A DNA stretch of 64,000 nt, taken from the NCBI RefSeq assembly GCF_009914755.1, contig NC_060947.1. The stretch is one strand, 5' to 3'. Position numbers and translations under genes: made by a program. Position 1 is the stretch's first letter. Each line of letters opens with the position of its first letter. Positions 1-17,759 of the stretch are shown here, in pieces. The notes beneath the pieces were generated by a model. That model was not told where the DNA came from. It did not search any database and saw only the letters and a list, made by a program, of their open reading frames with translations. Origin of the DNA: the human T2T-CHM13v2.0 reference genome, Homo sapiens.

Positions 1-1369
1 CTCTTCATCTCATGAGGTCAACAAGAAAATGGGGCATACTAGCTGTAACTTCTTCTGATGTGTGAAAAATCATAAATTATGTTTCTTTCTCAGCTTTTCA
101 GTCCAGAAGTGGCAGTATACTACAGCAAGGTGTTTCTTCCATTGTCAACATTCATAGAGTGACATATAATGTGTACTACAATTTTAATTTGTGTCATCAC
201 TCGTGCAAAATGTAACATGCTAACGTTTTGTTTCTTGATCATAAGAAAAAATTCTAGCTTCAATTCTATCCAGTGTGGGGGAGGGGAAATTGGAAAATAA
301 AATCATTCGAACATTTGTGTGCAAATATCACCTTTTTCAAATGGAAGAATTTCCAACTGAACCAGAAGTTCATACTGCTAATACACATTTCATTGAAACA
401 TTTTTTAATAAGTACAAATACATGGTATTAAAGTTCAAAACCTAATACAGGCCAGAAAATTAAGTTCTTATTTTCTGAAGAAGGCCTCAAGTCCCAATCA
501 ATTTCTAGTAACAATGTTTTTGCAGATCAATTTAATAATAAGGGGTTTTTATTTCCTTCATATTTTTGTTTTGGTCTTAAAGGCTAGATTAAAATTTAGT
601 TCAATCCCCCAGAAAGCAACTGGTTTTACTTTTGCACTATCAAAAAAAAAATCCACAAAAAAACCTCTTCTCCAAACCAATTCCTAAACTGAATCTGTGC
701 TCAAGATGAATCTTTTTCTGTACAATGTAAATGGTTACTTAGGTGAAATGTACCTATGAACATTAAAACCGGTTGTTTGAAAGATTTAGCTAGACTTATA
801 ATTTAAGTTTTAAAACATAAATATGTGTAGCTTGATCTTCTGTTGATAGTGATTGTCAGACCCTAGATTTCAATATTTACAAATTCCCATTCATGCACAC
901 AAAACATATACCATAATCACATAACTTACTCCTCATAGATTGAGAGATTCTTCTGTTGCTTTAAATCTTTGCCCTTCCAGTCAATTTCAAGGTAAAACAA
1001 CTTTTAACTCAGACTTCACTCTCAGACTATTAACAAATTTCCACCCACACATTATTAATGCTTATCATGTACCCACACATGATATTTCCTGTTCTACTGG
1101 CAAAATCGGAAACCTGCCTCAAAGAGGTCATCAGATTTAAGAAAAATGGACCATAAACTGTTTATTGCAAAATATACTATGAAAGGTCAGAATTCAAGAT
1201 TCCCTATTGGTGTCATACTTCATTTTACTGCAATGAATAAGTGCTTTCAGAAAAAAAAAGAAAGAAATCTTATGTTGGATTATTTCATACTTTTTAGATA
1301 CTAGCTAAAGAACCTACAAAAATGTTTTGGAGTATACACCCTACCAAAAAAGTGTTTTAAAAATTCAGA

Positions 1370-4890
<3,521 letters not shown>

Positions 4891-5204
4891 ATTTTTTACA
4901 ATCAAAGTGCAATAAGCCAAAATACCAATGTGGCAAATAAGTATTGTGCTGTTCTTTTGATACTAAAGAAAACAAAACCCAGTAAAGAAGTAGTCAGAAC
5001 ATTCATCATCATAACTGAGTGATATTGTTCTATTAATAAAAAATTAAGAATTTTTTAAAAAATTGGCATCAAAGAGAGTAATAAACTTAGAAAAAAATTA
5101 ATGAAATAGAAATTTTCTCTACTGAAAAGTACATAACATTCTTGAAAGAAATTTGAACAGATGTAATGAGTGAAAAATCATAACTCATTCATGGATCAGA
5201 AAAC

Positions 5205-5560
5205 ATAATATGAAGTATTAATGCATGCTATGACATGAATGAAACTTAAAAACATCATACTAATTGAAAGAAGCCAGTCTCAAATGGCCCATATTATATG
5301 ACTCCATTTATATTAAAATGCAGAAAAGATAAATCCATAGAGATAGAAAGATTAGTGGTTGCTTGCTTAGTGCCAGGATAGGGGATGCCGTGTGCTAATG
5401 GGTATGGGGTTCATTTTTGAGGTGATTAAATGTTCAAAAATTAGACTGTGGTGCTGCTTGAACAACTTTGTGAATATATTAGAAACCACTGAATTCACAC
5501 TTTTAATGTGTGAATTTTATATTATGTAATATATGTCTTAATCAAATTATTTAAAAGTGA
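5205..5560 (+). mobile_element. Old L1 (L1MB/ME-like) 3' end fragment
   Basis: Typical motifs gaaagaagccagtc...gactccatttata and agattagtggttgc. Confidence 0.65.
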
Positions 5561-6497
5561 TCCCTGCTAACTCTACCCACTCAACACAGATTACAATTAC
5601 TTTTTTAAAAACTTGAATATTTTCCTGAGAGTCATTTTGACCAAGTCACTCAATCTTACTGGCTCTCATTTTCCTCAGGTAAAATAACATTTGAGTTGGT
5701 TTAAATGCCACGATATTTAAAGTTTCTATTGTTATTAAACTTTCGTTTCTTTTTAACAAAAGCACTAAAGTCCACAAGTAATAGAGAAAGTTGGAAGACA
5801 TTACCAAGGCACTTTTACTAATAGAAATGTATTGTGCTTATAAAGATTTTTAAAGGAAGTTCACCAAAGTGCTTTACTTCTATTAATTCCAAAGACCTTC
5901 TAAAATCCATGAGAAATGGGAATGCAATTAATTATCAAGCCACAATAATAACTGAAATGATAAATGTTGTATTTATGGCGCCTTTCTTCCAAAGTGCCCC
6001 AATATCTTCACAAAGATGATCATTAATAAATTTTAATCACAACAGCACCCTTGTGACAAGCAGGCAGTTTGACATAGAGGTAATATGAAAAGTGAATGGC
6101 ACTTTGGAGGGAGACCAATATGATTGTAATCTGGCTCCATGAGTGAGGTTAGCCTGGAGAGTTTTTGAAATGGAACTTCATTGTTCATAGTATCTTGCTA
6201 TAGTAACATCCTGCCAGTTCCCTTAATACCACTTCAACCCTTAATATTATATTCCCAAGAGGCTCCTAAAGAAAGCTGATTTTAACTTCTTAGTATCCTT
6301 TAGGATTTTTTCAATTTGTACTCAGTTTTCTAGATAGTTTGATACTATACTATCCTCCAGAAATAGTATCACGGCTTGAAGATAAGTGGTGTAACACAGA
6401 AAAGAGGCAGCTATCTCTGTTATATAGTTTCAGCATGAGAAACTCAAGAGAATTGTTTGTTTTCTTACAGTTTCATAGCAAGAATGTTGACAAAATG

Positions 6498-8186
6498 GAG
6501 AACTACAAACCACTGCTCAAGGAAATAAGAGAGGACACAAATAAATGAAAAAACATTCCATGCTCATGGAAAGGAAGAATCAATATCGTGAAAATGGTCA
6601 TAGTGCCCAAAGTAATAATGTAGACTCAATGCTATCCCCATCAAGCAACTATCCACTTTCTCCACAGAATTAGAAAAAACTACTTTAAATTTCATATGGA
6701 ACCAAAAAAGAGCCTGCATAGCCAAGACAATCCTAAGCAAAAAGAACAAGACTGGAGGCATCACACTACCTGACTTCAAACTACACTACAAGGCTACAGT
6801 AACCAAAACAGCATGGTACTGGTACCAAAACAGATATATAGACTAATGGAACAGAACAGAGGCCTCAGAAATAACACCACACATCCACAACCATCTAATC
6901 TTTGACAAACTTGACAAAAACAAGAAATGGGGAATGGATTCCCTATTTAATAAATGGTGTTGGGAAACCTGGCTAGCCATATGTAGAAAATTGAAACTGA
7001 ACCCCTTCCTTACACCTTATACAAAAATTAACTCAAGATGATTAAAGACTAAAACGTAAGACCTAAAACCATGAAAATCCTAGAACAAAACCTAGGCAAT
7101 ACCATTCAGGACATAGGTATGGGCAAAGACTTCATGACTAAAACACCAGAAGCAATGGCAACAAAAGCCAAAATTGACAAATGGCATCTAATTAAACTAA
7201 AGAGCTTCTGCACAGCAAAAGAAACTATCATCAGAGTGAACAGGCAACCTACAGAATGGGAGAAAATTTTTGCAATCTACTCATCTGACAAAGGGCTAAT
7301 ATCCAGAATCTACAAAGAACTTAAACATATTTACAAGAAAAAAACAACCCCATCAAAAAGTGGGCAAAGGACATGAACAGGCACTTGTCAAAAGAAGACA
7401 TTTATGCAGCCAACAAACATATGAAAAAAAGCTCATCATCACTAGTCATTAGAGAAATGCAAATCAAAACCACAATGAGATAACATCTCATGCCAGTTAG
7501 AATGGTAATCATTAAAAAGTCAGGAAACAACAAATGCTGGAGAGGAAGTGGAGAAATAGAATGCTTTTACACTGTTGGTGGGAATGTAAATTAGTTCAAC
7601 CATTGTGGAAGACAGTGTGGCAAATCCTCAACGATCTAGAACCAGATATACCATTTGAGCTAGCAATCCCATTACTGGTATATACCCAAAGGATTATAAA
7701 TCATTCTACTATAAAGACACATGCACACATATGTTTATTGCAGCACTATTGACAATAACAAAGGCTTGGAACCAATCCAAATGCCCATCAATGATAAACT
7801 GGATAAAGAAAATGTGGCACATATGCACCATGGAATACTATGCAGCCATCAAAAAGGATGAGTTTATGTCCTTTGCAGGAGCATGGATGAAGTTGGAAAC
7901 CATCATTCTCAGCAAACTAACACAAGAACAGAAAACCAAACACTGCATGTTCTCACTCTTAAGTGGGAGGTGTACAATGAGAACACATGGACACAGGGAG
8001 AGGAACATCACACACTGGGGCCCGTTGGGGGGCGGGTGCCTAGGGGAGGGATAGCATTAGGAGAAATACCTAATGTAGATGATGGGTTGATGGGTGCAGC
8101 AAACTACTATGGCAGATGTATACCTATGTAACAAACCTGCACGTTCTGCACATGTACCCCAGAACTTAAAGTATAATAATAATAAT
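6498..8186 (+). mobile_element. 5'-truncated L1PA (L1PA7/8-like) with 17-bp TSD
   Basis: ORF2 C-terminal remnants (ORFs 7071, 7534, 7731), primate L1 3'UTR, (AAT)n tail; TSD agaa[t/a]gttgacaaaatg at 6481-6497 and 8187-8203. Confidence 0.95.
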
Positions 8187-8589
8187 AGAAAGTTGACAAA
8201 ATGACCACAGATTCTAAGCTCTGATCCAAGAGTGTTGGTGATAGAGCTTCAGCAACACCTTGGAGGGTAAAACTCCATGGATTCCACTTCCCCAGGCTGC
8301 CTTGATTTTCCAAATATGAACTAACTAAAAAGAAAAGTTGAGGTAAAGTGATTCCCCAGGGCTTCTCCACCATACTCTCTCAAGTCAGGTTGGCTTACAC
8401 AGGTCTGATATAGTATAACAATGGGCTTTTAATAGTTGTAATGAAGGTGATAACTTACTTCCAGTCTTCTTTAGCCAGTACTACAAGTTTTCTTTCTGTT
8501 AACTTGTGATAATTGTGGTCTGTGCAAAATTTTACTTGAAATTGGAACATAAATGAGGCATAGACTAGCAGAGTTTCATTAACTTTCCA

Positions 8590-9330
8590 ACTATGAGTTC
8601 ATATGTATAAGAAGTTTATGTGCCAGGAAAAGTACAAAGAGCCTTGCATAGATTTTTTTTTCATTTCCTGTCACAAGATTCCTGTGAAGTAGGAATTAGT
8701 GCCCACATTATACGAATAAAGAGACTGTTACACAAAGAGGATAAGCCACTGGCTATACCTTCTTATCTGTTCACAAGTAGAAAGTGGCAGAGCTTGAATT
8801 TGAATCCAGGTCTGTCCATGCTCTAAGCCTATACTCTAAATTGTTAGGTCAGGTTGCCTTTCTTTTAAGAAGATTATCATTCATACGACAGTTGCTAAAT
8901 TTTGTTGCAATAAATAAAATAAAAGCAGGTTCTTTTATTTTAAAAAATTGTTTCTTTAAAAGTTCTGTCAGAAAAAAATAGAGACTGTGTAAAGGTAAAA
9001 TCACAGGTTAAATTATCCTTTAGGGAGTGGTGGGTTTAAAAAATATTTAAATTAAACCTTGCATTCTCAGGTTTCCCAGTAAGTCAAATACAGTTGAAAT
9101 AGTTATGCTGTATGGTAAAGCAGAAAATATGATAAATAATAAATTGCTGAGTTGGAATTCTGGTTCTGTCATTTACTAGCTATGTAATCCTAGGCAAGCA
9201 ATTGAAATATGGATAAAATGCCTATCTGTCCAGATCATCATGAAGATTAAATGAGATTGGTTATATAAAGTGACCAAAGGTCCCAGCATATGGTCAGCCC
9301 TCAACAAATGGTAAGTGTTATTGTTACTAC
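8590..9330. mobile_element. Two MIR fragments (~8590-8830 minus, ~9140-9330 plus)
   Basis: MIR core-like motifs (tttgaatccaggtctgtc; tctgtcatttactagctatgtaatcctaggcaag). Confidence 0.55.
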
Positions 9331-9703
9331 TATTATTAAGAACAACACTGAAGGGGTAAAGAAGTACAAAAGAGTAGGTGAATGAAGGAGGGGTGTGTAG
9401 AGGATCTTAATGGTATGATTCAATGTTACTCTAAGCATGCTTCTTTAAAGGGCACACACATAAAAATGAGTCAATTATCAATAAAGAATGACTGTTAATG
9501 ATGATGATGGAGTTCTTGTGTTATGGCCAGATGACAGAGGGATGCTTCCTATACTGTATTATTGCTTTTCATTTTCAAGCAGGGAGCTGTAAGATGGAGG
9601 GAGCTAAAAGAAGATGGTTCCTTAAACTGGTTCAGAACAGCCTGGAAGCATCTTAAATCCAGACAAATCTTAAGTATTGTGGTTGAAAGGATAGAAAGTG
9701 CTA

Positions 9704-10015
<312 letters not shown>

Positions 10016-10829
10016 TAAGAAGTTCTAGCCAGTAGTAAGGAAAAATGGCAACCATCCAAGCTCTGCTATTCAAATTCTCTAAAGCAGATTTTTCAGAGGG
10101 AATTATCTATAGGATAAGAGATGTTCTGAGGTAGGCTTACACCTCACTGTTAATGTGATTATTTGAAGCATACCTGAACAATTGAATATATGAAACAGTA
10201 AATAAATAACAACTATTTTAAGCACAGGTCTAAAATTGCAATAATTCTTACTCAGAATATGTCTTTTCCCTATAAACATTTTTAAATGACTATTTGACTA
10301 CTCTCTCACTTAATGTTTTAATAAAGCATTTACATTTCTAAAAAGCAGTTGGCTGAGTTACCATAGCCTCTGACTTATCAGCCATCAGCACCTAAAGAAA
10401 TTATTGACTTGCCTGGTTATGTACCAGGGAAGCCACCACTCATCTAGTGACAGCTCCCCAAAATGCAACTGAAAACCATTATAGGAATAATCTATGTTCA
10501 AGATCATGAGCCCGACCAATTTAACCCTATTTTAGTAATGGGAAATTCCATGCTACCCATTAAGCTCTCATTTCCAGAACAAAATCATTTTAAATGCAGG
10601 GAAAGACTGCCATGTTATAAAAATGACTATATTCCATGAAAAAAAGACCTCATCATTTAAAAACATGAGAAACAAAGAACAAGATTCTTCAAGGAGTTAA
10701 CCCCAAACCACCACTTTGAAGCAAAAATCTCACATTACTTCAATATATGAGTTAAGTGATCCAGGTCCCAAATCTAACTGGATACACACACAGTTTTTAA
10801 AACCTTTATAAAATAAATTTACACATTAC

Positions 10830-11933
10830 CTGGTAATTGTTTTGGTTTTGTGATAATCTCAATTGGTTTGATGATGCAAAATGAGGAGAAAAATTACTCC
10901 GTAATGGATTGGTATTACTGTACATTGTACTAGATGCTGTATGTAATGAGGTCCGTGGTGTCAAATGGTAGTTTCTGTTTTGATACAGTACATTGTCTGA
11001 CATATCTCTAATATTCACCATTTGTGAATTTGGCATATTTCTTCCTGGTCCGGGCAAGGTTGTACTTTGGTTCTCAGCTCGAAGGGAACTGCCACTTTCA
11101 TAAAATCTCGAATAGCTTGGTATCTGTGCTCTCATCGATGCCAGCTCTTCCTCTCTGGCATATTCATCCTCAGCATCTCCAGTCTCCATTGCAATGGACA
11201 AACAATTTCCTTCTGCTGAGCTAGGCTTCTGTGGGGCATTTCCTCCCAGAATTCTCTGGGGGTAATCGCTAACTGCCAATGAAAACACTTCACGGATTTC
11301 CAAGTTTTGTGTTCTACAGTAAGGGTCTCTAATAGTTGGCTTTTGCCCACATAAGTTATGTAATGCTGGGCCTGTGTGTTCAGGCTTATATGACCTTTGA
11401 ATCCCAACTGGTTCAATTTTACAAGGTCGGTGGCACACAGAAGGCTTTTGAGGTACTGTCATTTCAGAAGCTTGTACTGAAGAGTTTCCATAGTTTTTCT
11501 TTGCGTGATTGAATACTGAGTTTCCAGCATTTAGCACACTTGTCTGTCTTGACAAAATAATTGTTTTTTCACCTAGGAGTAGGGAAGCATTTTTACAGTG
11601 TGCTACTTGTCTTTGGACAGGAATGTGTAACTGAAACTCAGTATCATTTTTAGTGGCTGTTTTCTGAATAGGGATTTTATGTGCTTCTGTAATTTGTGTG
11701 TCTGTATGTTTGTTTGTTCCTTGCCTACTTGATGAACTGGCTGGACTGTATATACCAGTTACAATGACATCATTATTGGCAGATGTCCAAGAAGACTGCT
11801 GGCTTGAGGGTCGAGCAATATTAACCACATTTCTGACTGTGATGTCTGGAGCTGACAAAGAGGTTCCTGTTGTTGCTGTTCCAGATTCAGAGTTCTTACT
11901 ACTCATCTTTCTTCTCTTATTGCCAACCCACGT
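10830..11933 (-). CDS. HDX: HDX second coding exon (1104 nt, codons 50-417; end of helix 3 TWVGNKRRK plus long Ser/Thr/Asn-rich linker)
   Basis: Acceptor ttccag|ACG at 11934/11933 after a long pyrimidine tract; donor CAG|GTAATG at 10830/10829; 368 open codons, phase 0 at both ends; overlaps ORF 10806..11906. Confidence 0.95.
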
Positions 11934-13226
11934 CTGGAAGGATAAAACATGGTATTATGAAAAAAAAATTAAAAACAAACGAAGAAAAAACAAATTTTAC
12001 GTGGTACATTATATTTTCATTTGTCTTGGAACCAAGGTGTACATAAAGGTAAAAGAAAAAGGTAAAATAACAGAAAAACTGACTAAAGTACAAAGGCAAA
12101 AGATGATCAGGGACTCACACTTAATAAATACCTTCAAACTTTGAAAACAGAGTGTATTATTGTTTCTCTCCTCATAACCCATCCAACTAATATGTATCAA
12201 GAAACCTAAAAATGTTTATACACTTTGACATAGTAAATACATTTGTGGTAATTTATCCTAAAAGTAACCTACAAATGTAGATAAAGTTTATATGCAATGA
12301 TGTTCATCATATATTTATTTATAATACTGAAAAATTAAAAACATACTAAAGGTAGGCTATTTAATGGCATTAAGAAATGCTCATAGTATTGTTAAACAAA
12401 TACACATTTGCAATCTTTAGACTCATCAACTTCCATTTTATAAATATATCATAACTTGCTTAATTTCATACTATCAGATTATTTATAGTATTTTTTGAAA
12501 TATTCTTTCTTATAAGTTATATTGCCATATACCTCATCGTAGATGCATCTTTGTACTGCTGCTCTATTAGAATGCAATACTAAAAGAAAAATTGCTAGGC
12601 TCTAATATTTTCAAAGTGCTCTCCAATGTATGAGTTCCGGTTTCCTCACACCCTCACCAAGAGTTTGCCTTATCTTTTTGTAGTCTTTACTAGTCCAGGA
12701 GTTAATAAAAAGTGTATAATTGCTGCTTTGACATGAATTTCTATGGTTACAATATTACTTTCATAGAATTGCCTATCCATTACCTTTACCTATTTTTATA
12801 TTGAGGTGTTTACCTTTTTAAATTGATTTGTATGCAAGAGTAATTTTCTACTAAAGTCAATAATAATTCTTTGTTACAAGCTGCAATTGTTTGTTTTCAG
12901 TTTGTCACTAATCTATGGTAGTTATTGTCTTCTTTACATTTTTCTCAACTTACCAAATTTTATACAATAAATATATATTTTGTAAACAGATTAAGATTAT
13001 TAATAAAAATAATACTAGTGGTTGGTGTTTAGGATTTAATTACAAAATACATATTTTAATGTAAGTAATTTATTATAATTATCTTAGTATTATTTTTCTG
13101 AGTCATGGATCTTCTTAAATTATACAATAAGAAATATATTCTATAATGTGATTACTAAACTTTATAATAATTCCAAAATGCATACCATATTATAAACACC
13201 AAAGCACATTAATCTATTAAGAATTA

Positions 13227-13397
<171 letters not shown>

Positions 13398-13602
13398 TTA
13401 AATGAACTAGCCTTGAACAAACAATAGTTCAGAGTATATTTGTTTAACTTTTGTATGAATGTGTTTTTGAAGACCACATAAATTGTCCAATTTTCAATGT
13501 TTACTGTACATCTTATACAATTTATAATTATATACATTAGTGTTGCTGTACTACTGTAAATAAAAGCTAATATGTATTGAATCCCCATTATGTGTTCTCT
13601 CA

Positions 13603-13648
<46 letters not shown>
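13603..13648. repeat. (ATAG)11 tetranucleotide microsatellite
   Basis: Perfect repeat read directly. Confidence 0.97.
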
Positions 13649-16370
13649 TTTCATTTGTCTTGGAACCAAGGTGTACATACAGGTAAAAGAAAAAAATAAA
13701 AAAACTAAAGTATAAAGGATCTCTAATAAATCTATAAAGGATCTATAATAAAGGATCTATAATAGATCTATCGATATAGAGTATTATTATTTTATATATT
13801 ATATATATATATATAAACTCCTTTGGTAGGTGTTATTTTTCTAATTGTGTAAATGAAGAAACTGAGGTTCAGAAATAATAAATAGCTTGTGGAAGGGTAT
13901 TCTGGGGGCAAGTGAGAGAGCAAAGATTCTGTCAATTCTACCTCACCTGAAAGCACATTAAACCTTCCACTACCCTACATGTAGTGGTTAGAAACTCCTG
14001 AAAATAGTCATCTCTATTGGCCATTTTATTTTTATAATTACTGTTTCTCCCATAAAGAAAATGTTCCACAAACTGTAGTGTTCCACTTTACTTCACATGA
14101 GGCAGTGAGAATTTTAAACTCACTCTGACTTTCATGAAACAGCAGGAGTGAGAATGACAAGCAGAAAGATGTATGAATATAAATGTCACAGGAGACAGGG
14201 AGAAAAACTAAAAGGTTTTAAATTATATACTAGAGAAATACTTAAAACTAAAATGTTAAAAGTTGAATTTTACAAATATTCAAAATAAGTTGCCACATTA
14301 TGGCTTTTTAAGTAAAAATAACCTGTGGGAAGCATAACATATTTGTACGTAATCTTTACAAAAATATATAAGCATTACATTTAAAAAAAATTAATGGGAA
14401 AGCACAGTAAAATTATAAAATTTGAATTCAAGAACTATGACATCTGGAGGGCAGCTCTGGGCCACTTAAAAAAAAAAACACACAACGTAACCTATTGTGT
14501 TCTCTTCATACAATGTCTACCTTAACTCAGGAAGTTTAAGAGTGATTTTAGTGCATTGCAAATTTATGGCTTACTTATAAAGTTTTATAGTTTATACATA
14601 CATATGCATATTATATATAGTTTCTTATATAGCTTGATAGATATTTATATAGTGTACCCATCAAAAAGTAAAATGCAGTAGAATAATATCCATTTACATA
14701 AGAAATAGCTATATAGCAACCTAGCAACCTCCCTTGTCCAGAACACAACCAACATAGATGTCACAAGATCCATGTACTTCACTGCAACACCTAACCTTAA
14801 AACCCACTTTCTCTAATCAACAACAAATTAGAAATTACAAAATAGGAGGGATATTAGTGATAGAGGTTTATGTTGGCAGGCACCCCAACAGTACCAAAAC
14901 TAAAATTGTTCACTAAACATTGCTCACTAAAGGGAGAAGAGAAGGCACACAAAACAGAAGCAATGGGAGAAATTACTAAATAGCAGTCTGGGGTCCTTTA
15001 AGGAAAAAAATAATTCCATATACCTTACCAAGTTGTGAGTATTATTATTTTATGGCACAGTATAATAATTGATTTCCATAGTGAAAACCCTGAGTCAAAA
15101 AGTAAGGGTTCAATTGTTTTCCACATTCTCAATTGAAGAAAGTAGGAAAGTATGTAAGAAATATTTCCATTTAAAATGAAAATAAAGAAAACACATTGCC
15201 TGAGGCTTCCCAAAAGCTGAATTAAATTTTACTAAAATTTGTTCAGTTATTATCAATTATTATCAAAATATACCAAAGCTTATAAGATGTAAATGATTCT
15301 CATTTACGTTACATCTTATAAGATGGGTCAAATGAAATTGATATGATGAGAATTTGGGGTTAGGAACTAATAAAGTGATATTCATAGGAAAAAAAAGAAA
15401 GAAAAGTAATTCGGGTCATTAATCCTTAGTGTCCATAAATTTGTGTTTCAGTTCTTTCTTAGAAATTCACTGTCTCTAAACTTCTTTCCCTTTTTTTATA
15501 TCTCCTTCTTTGTTTTCTTGTTTTTTTTACACCAGTATATTTATTTTTGCTTGATGTTTTAACTTTTTAAGTTTTCTTTACATTGGGATCAAGTTCTTAA
15601 TACAGTGGGACTTAAGGATTTTTTAAAAGAAAAATGCAATGAATACTATCTTAGTAAAAATAAAGAAAGAGCTCTTTCAAGTAGAACATATAACTCTAGC
15701 AAAGTATCTGGGGAGGGGGGTGGGGTGTAGAGTGATGAGTCTACAAAAAAATTCCTTTTGCCCTTTAACTGGAAAACCCATCAAATATGTGTTGGGATTT
15801 AGATAAAGAAGACTGAATTTCTGTACAATTTACATTGGAATGGAGGGAATGAATCCATTTTTTACACTTTCTTGTAACATGTAACATTTTACTGATAATC
15901 TACATTCTAAGAAATTATATATTTCATTCCCATTGTTTGTTTTAGATTTTCACACCATTTTGAGCATAAATATAAATCTCTGTATTTCAACACTCTCAAT
16001 ATTCAATCACAATCAAGTAAGTTATGAGAAGTTTGCAATAACACATCGGAAATATGAAAGATTTCACAATATGAAAGATTTTCACAATGCAGCTGCCTGG
16101 CAAGCGTTTTCATTTTAAGGTAATGACAAGAAAAAAGAAAAAAAAAAGCAGAGGAAATTACTGCAGGAAAAAAAAAAGTAGCACTTACTAAATGCAATCT
16201 CATCAACCCATTTTATATTACATTTTCTAATACAATTAGACATTTTCCTCTGTGGCTTAGTAAAGATATTTAAAATAAGCTGTTTAGAGCTGTTAATAGG
16301 AGATATTTCTGGTTCTTAAACAAATCTGAGTATGATGATTGGTCTCAGCAAATAAGAAACAGATATCCTG

Positions 16371-16673
<303 letters not shown>

Positions 16674-17612
16674 AAGAAACAGATATCCTGGATATTTTTG
16701 TCTAGAATTGGTGGTACAATTCCCTATTTGAAGGCGAATAAATCTTTTAGTCTTTAAGAAACACATATTCTGAATGATTATTCTTATTAAAATATATTTA
16801 TCTTTAGGGTCTTTGAAGGTACATCGAAAGCAAACTAAACTTAAGAACAGACATCCTTTCTCTTTCCTAAATTAGCCTAATGAATGCCAAGCAGGAGAAA
16901 GTTGCTAATCTTTCAATCACTAAGGTTTCACGCTAAGAGGATTTGTAACATTTTCAAACAGACATAAAAGGTCCTATGCATTCAATAAGATCCGTGACCA
17001 GTTCTGTTAGATTTATCTCTTGCCTCCTCTCAATCACCTTCTCGTTACCTTTCAAGAATGTAGCAGCTCTGATTTTTACTACTGAATAACTATGATTGTG
17101 ATAAAGAAAAATTTATTCTCTTAAGAGTCCTTGTCCCTTACTTGCTAACCCATTAAACTGCATGCATTTTATTTAGAAAGAGAAAGTATTTATAAAGCAG
17201 ACCAAATGCCTGATGAAAAGTTCAAATACAATGAAAAATATGTCACATATAGTATTCACTTGGTAAATGCCTGTTTTACTGATATTATTTTTGGGGATTA
17301 CATCTACATTAATTTGGGGTTTAAAGAGCATAAGATCAACAATGAATCTTAAATGTATTTATTAGTTTAAAAAGCTAAGATTTTAAAAAGATGTTTACAC
17401 TGCAAGGGTTTCTGTGTGTTCAAGGTATTTATAGAAACAAATACATACTAAATGATTAGCCCTATTTATTTTTAAAATAGTATTGTTATACCAGGGAAGT
17501 GAAGCTGTTTATAAAATTAGTGACTTCATACCCTGAATATTTTTTCTCATATTAAGCAAATATCACTTGTAATAAGAAGCTTTAAATTTGAGTGTAAGAC
17601 CTCAATACTTAC

Positions 17613-17759
17613 CCTGACTACACTGAAGTCCAGCTTAGTCTCCTGTGCACACTGTAATATGAGCTGAAAGCAATTTTTACTTTGATTTGTCATTCCATTT
17701 TCATAATAACGCTGTAAAATCCTTTGTTGTTCTACAGTAAATACAGAACGTAGATTCAT
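17613..17759 (-). CDS. HDX: HDX first coding exon (147 nt, codons 1-49; homeodomain helices 1-2 and start of helix 3)
   Basis: Acceptor ttttag|ATG (AG at 17761-17760); donor AGG|GTAAGT at 17613/17612; exactly 49 codons; within ORF 17547..17759. Confidence 0.95.

Noticed and set aside
10806-10829. Read-through tail VMCKFIL* of the 366-aa ORF
   Set aside because: Lies beyond a good CAG|GTAATG donor; intronic, with no obvious nearby poly(A) signal.
11698-12144. 148-aa plus-strand ORF antisense to the HDX exon
   Set aside because: GTG start, antisense shadow of a coding exon running into an A-rich intron; no recognisable domain.
15710-15725. G-rich tract as a G-quadruplex
   Set aside because: Only three clean G-runs; weak and isolated.
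17547-17612. C-terminal 21 aa of the 70-aa ORF
   Set aside because: Intron sequence after AGG|GTAAGT.
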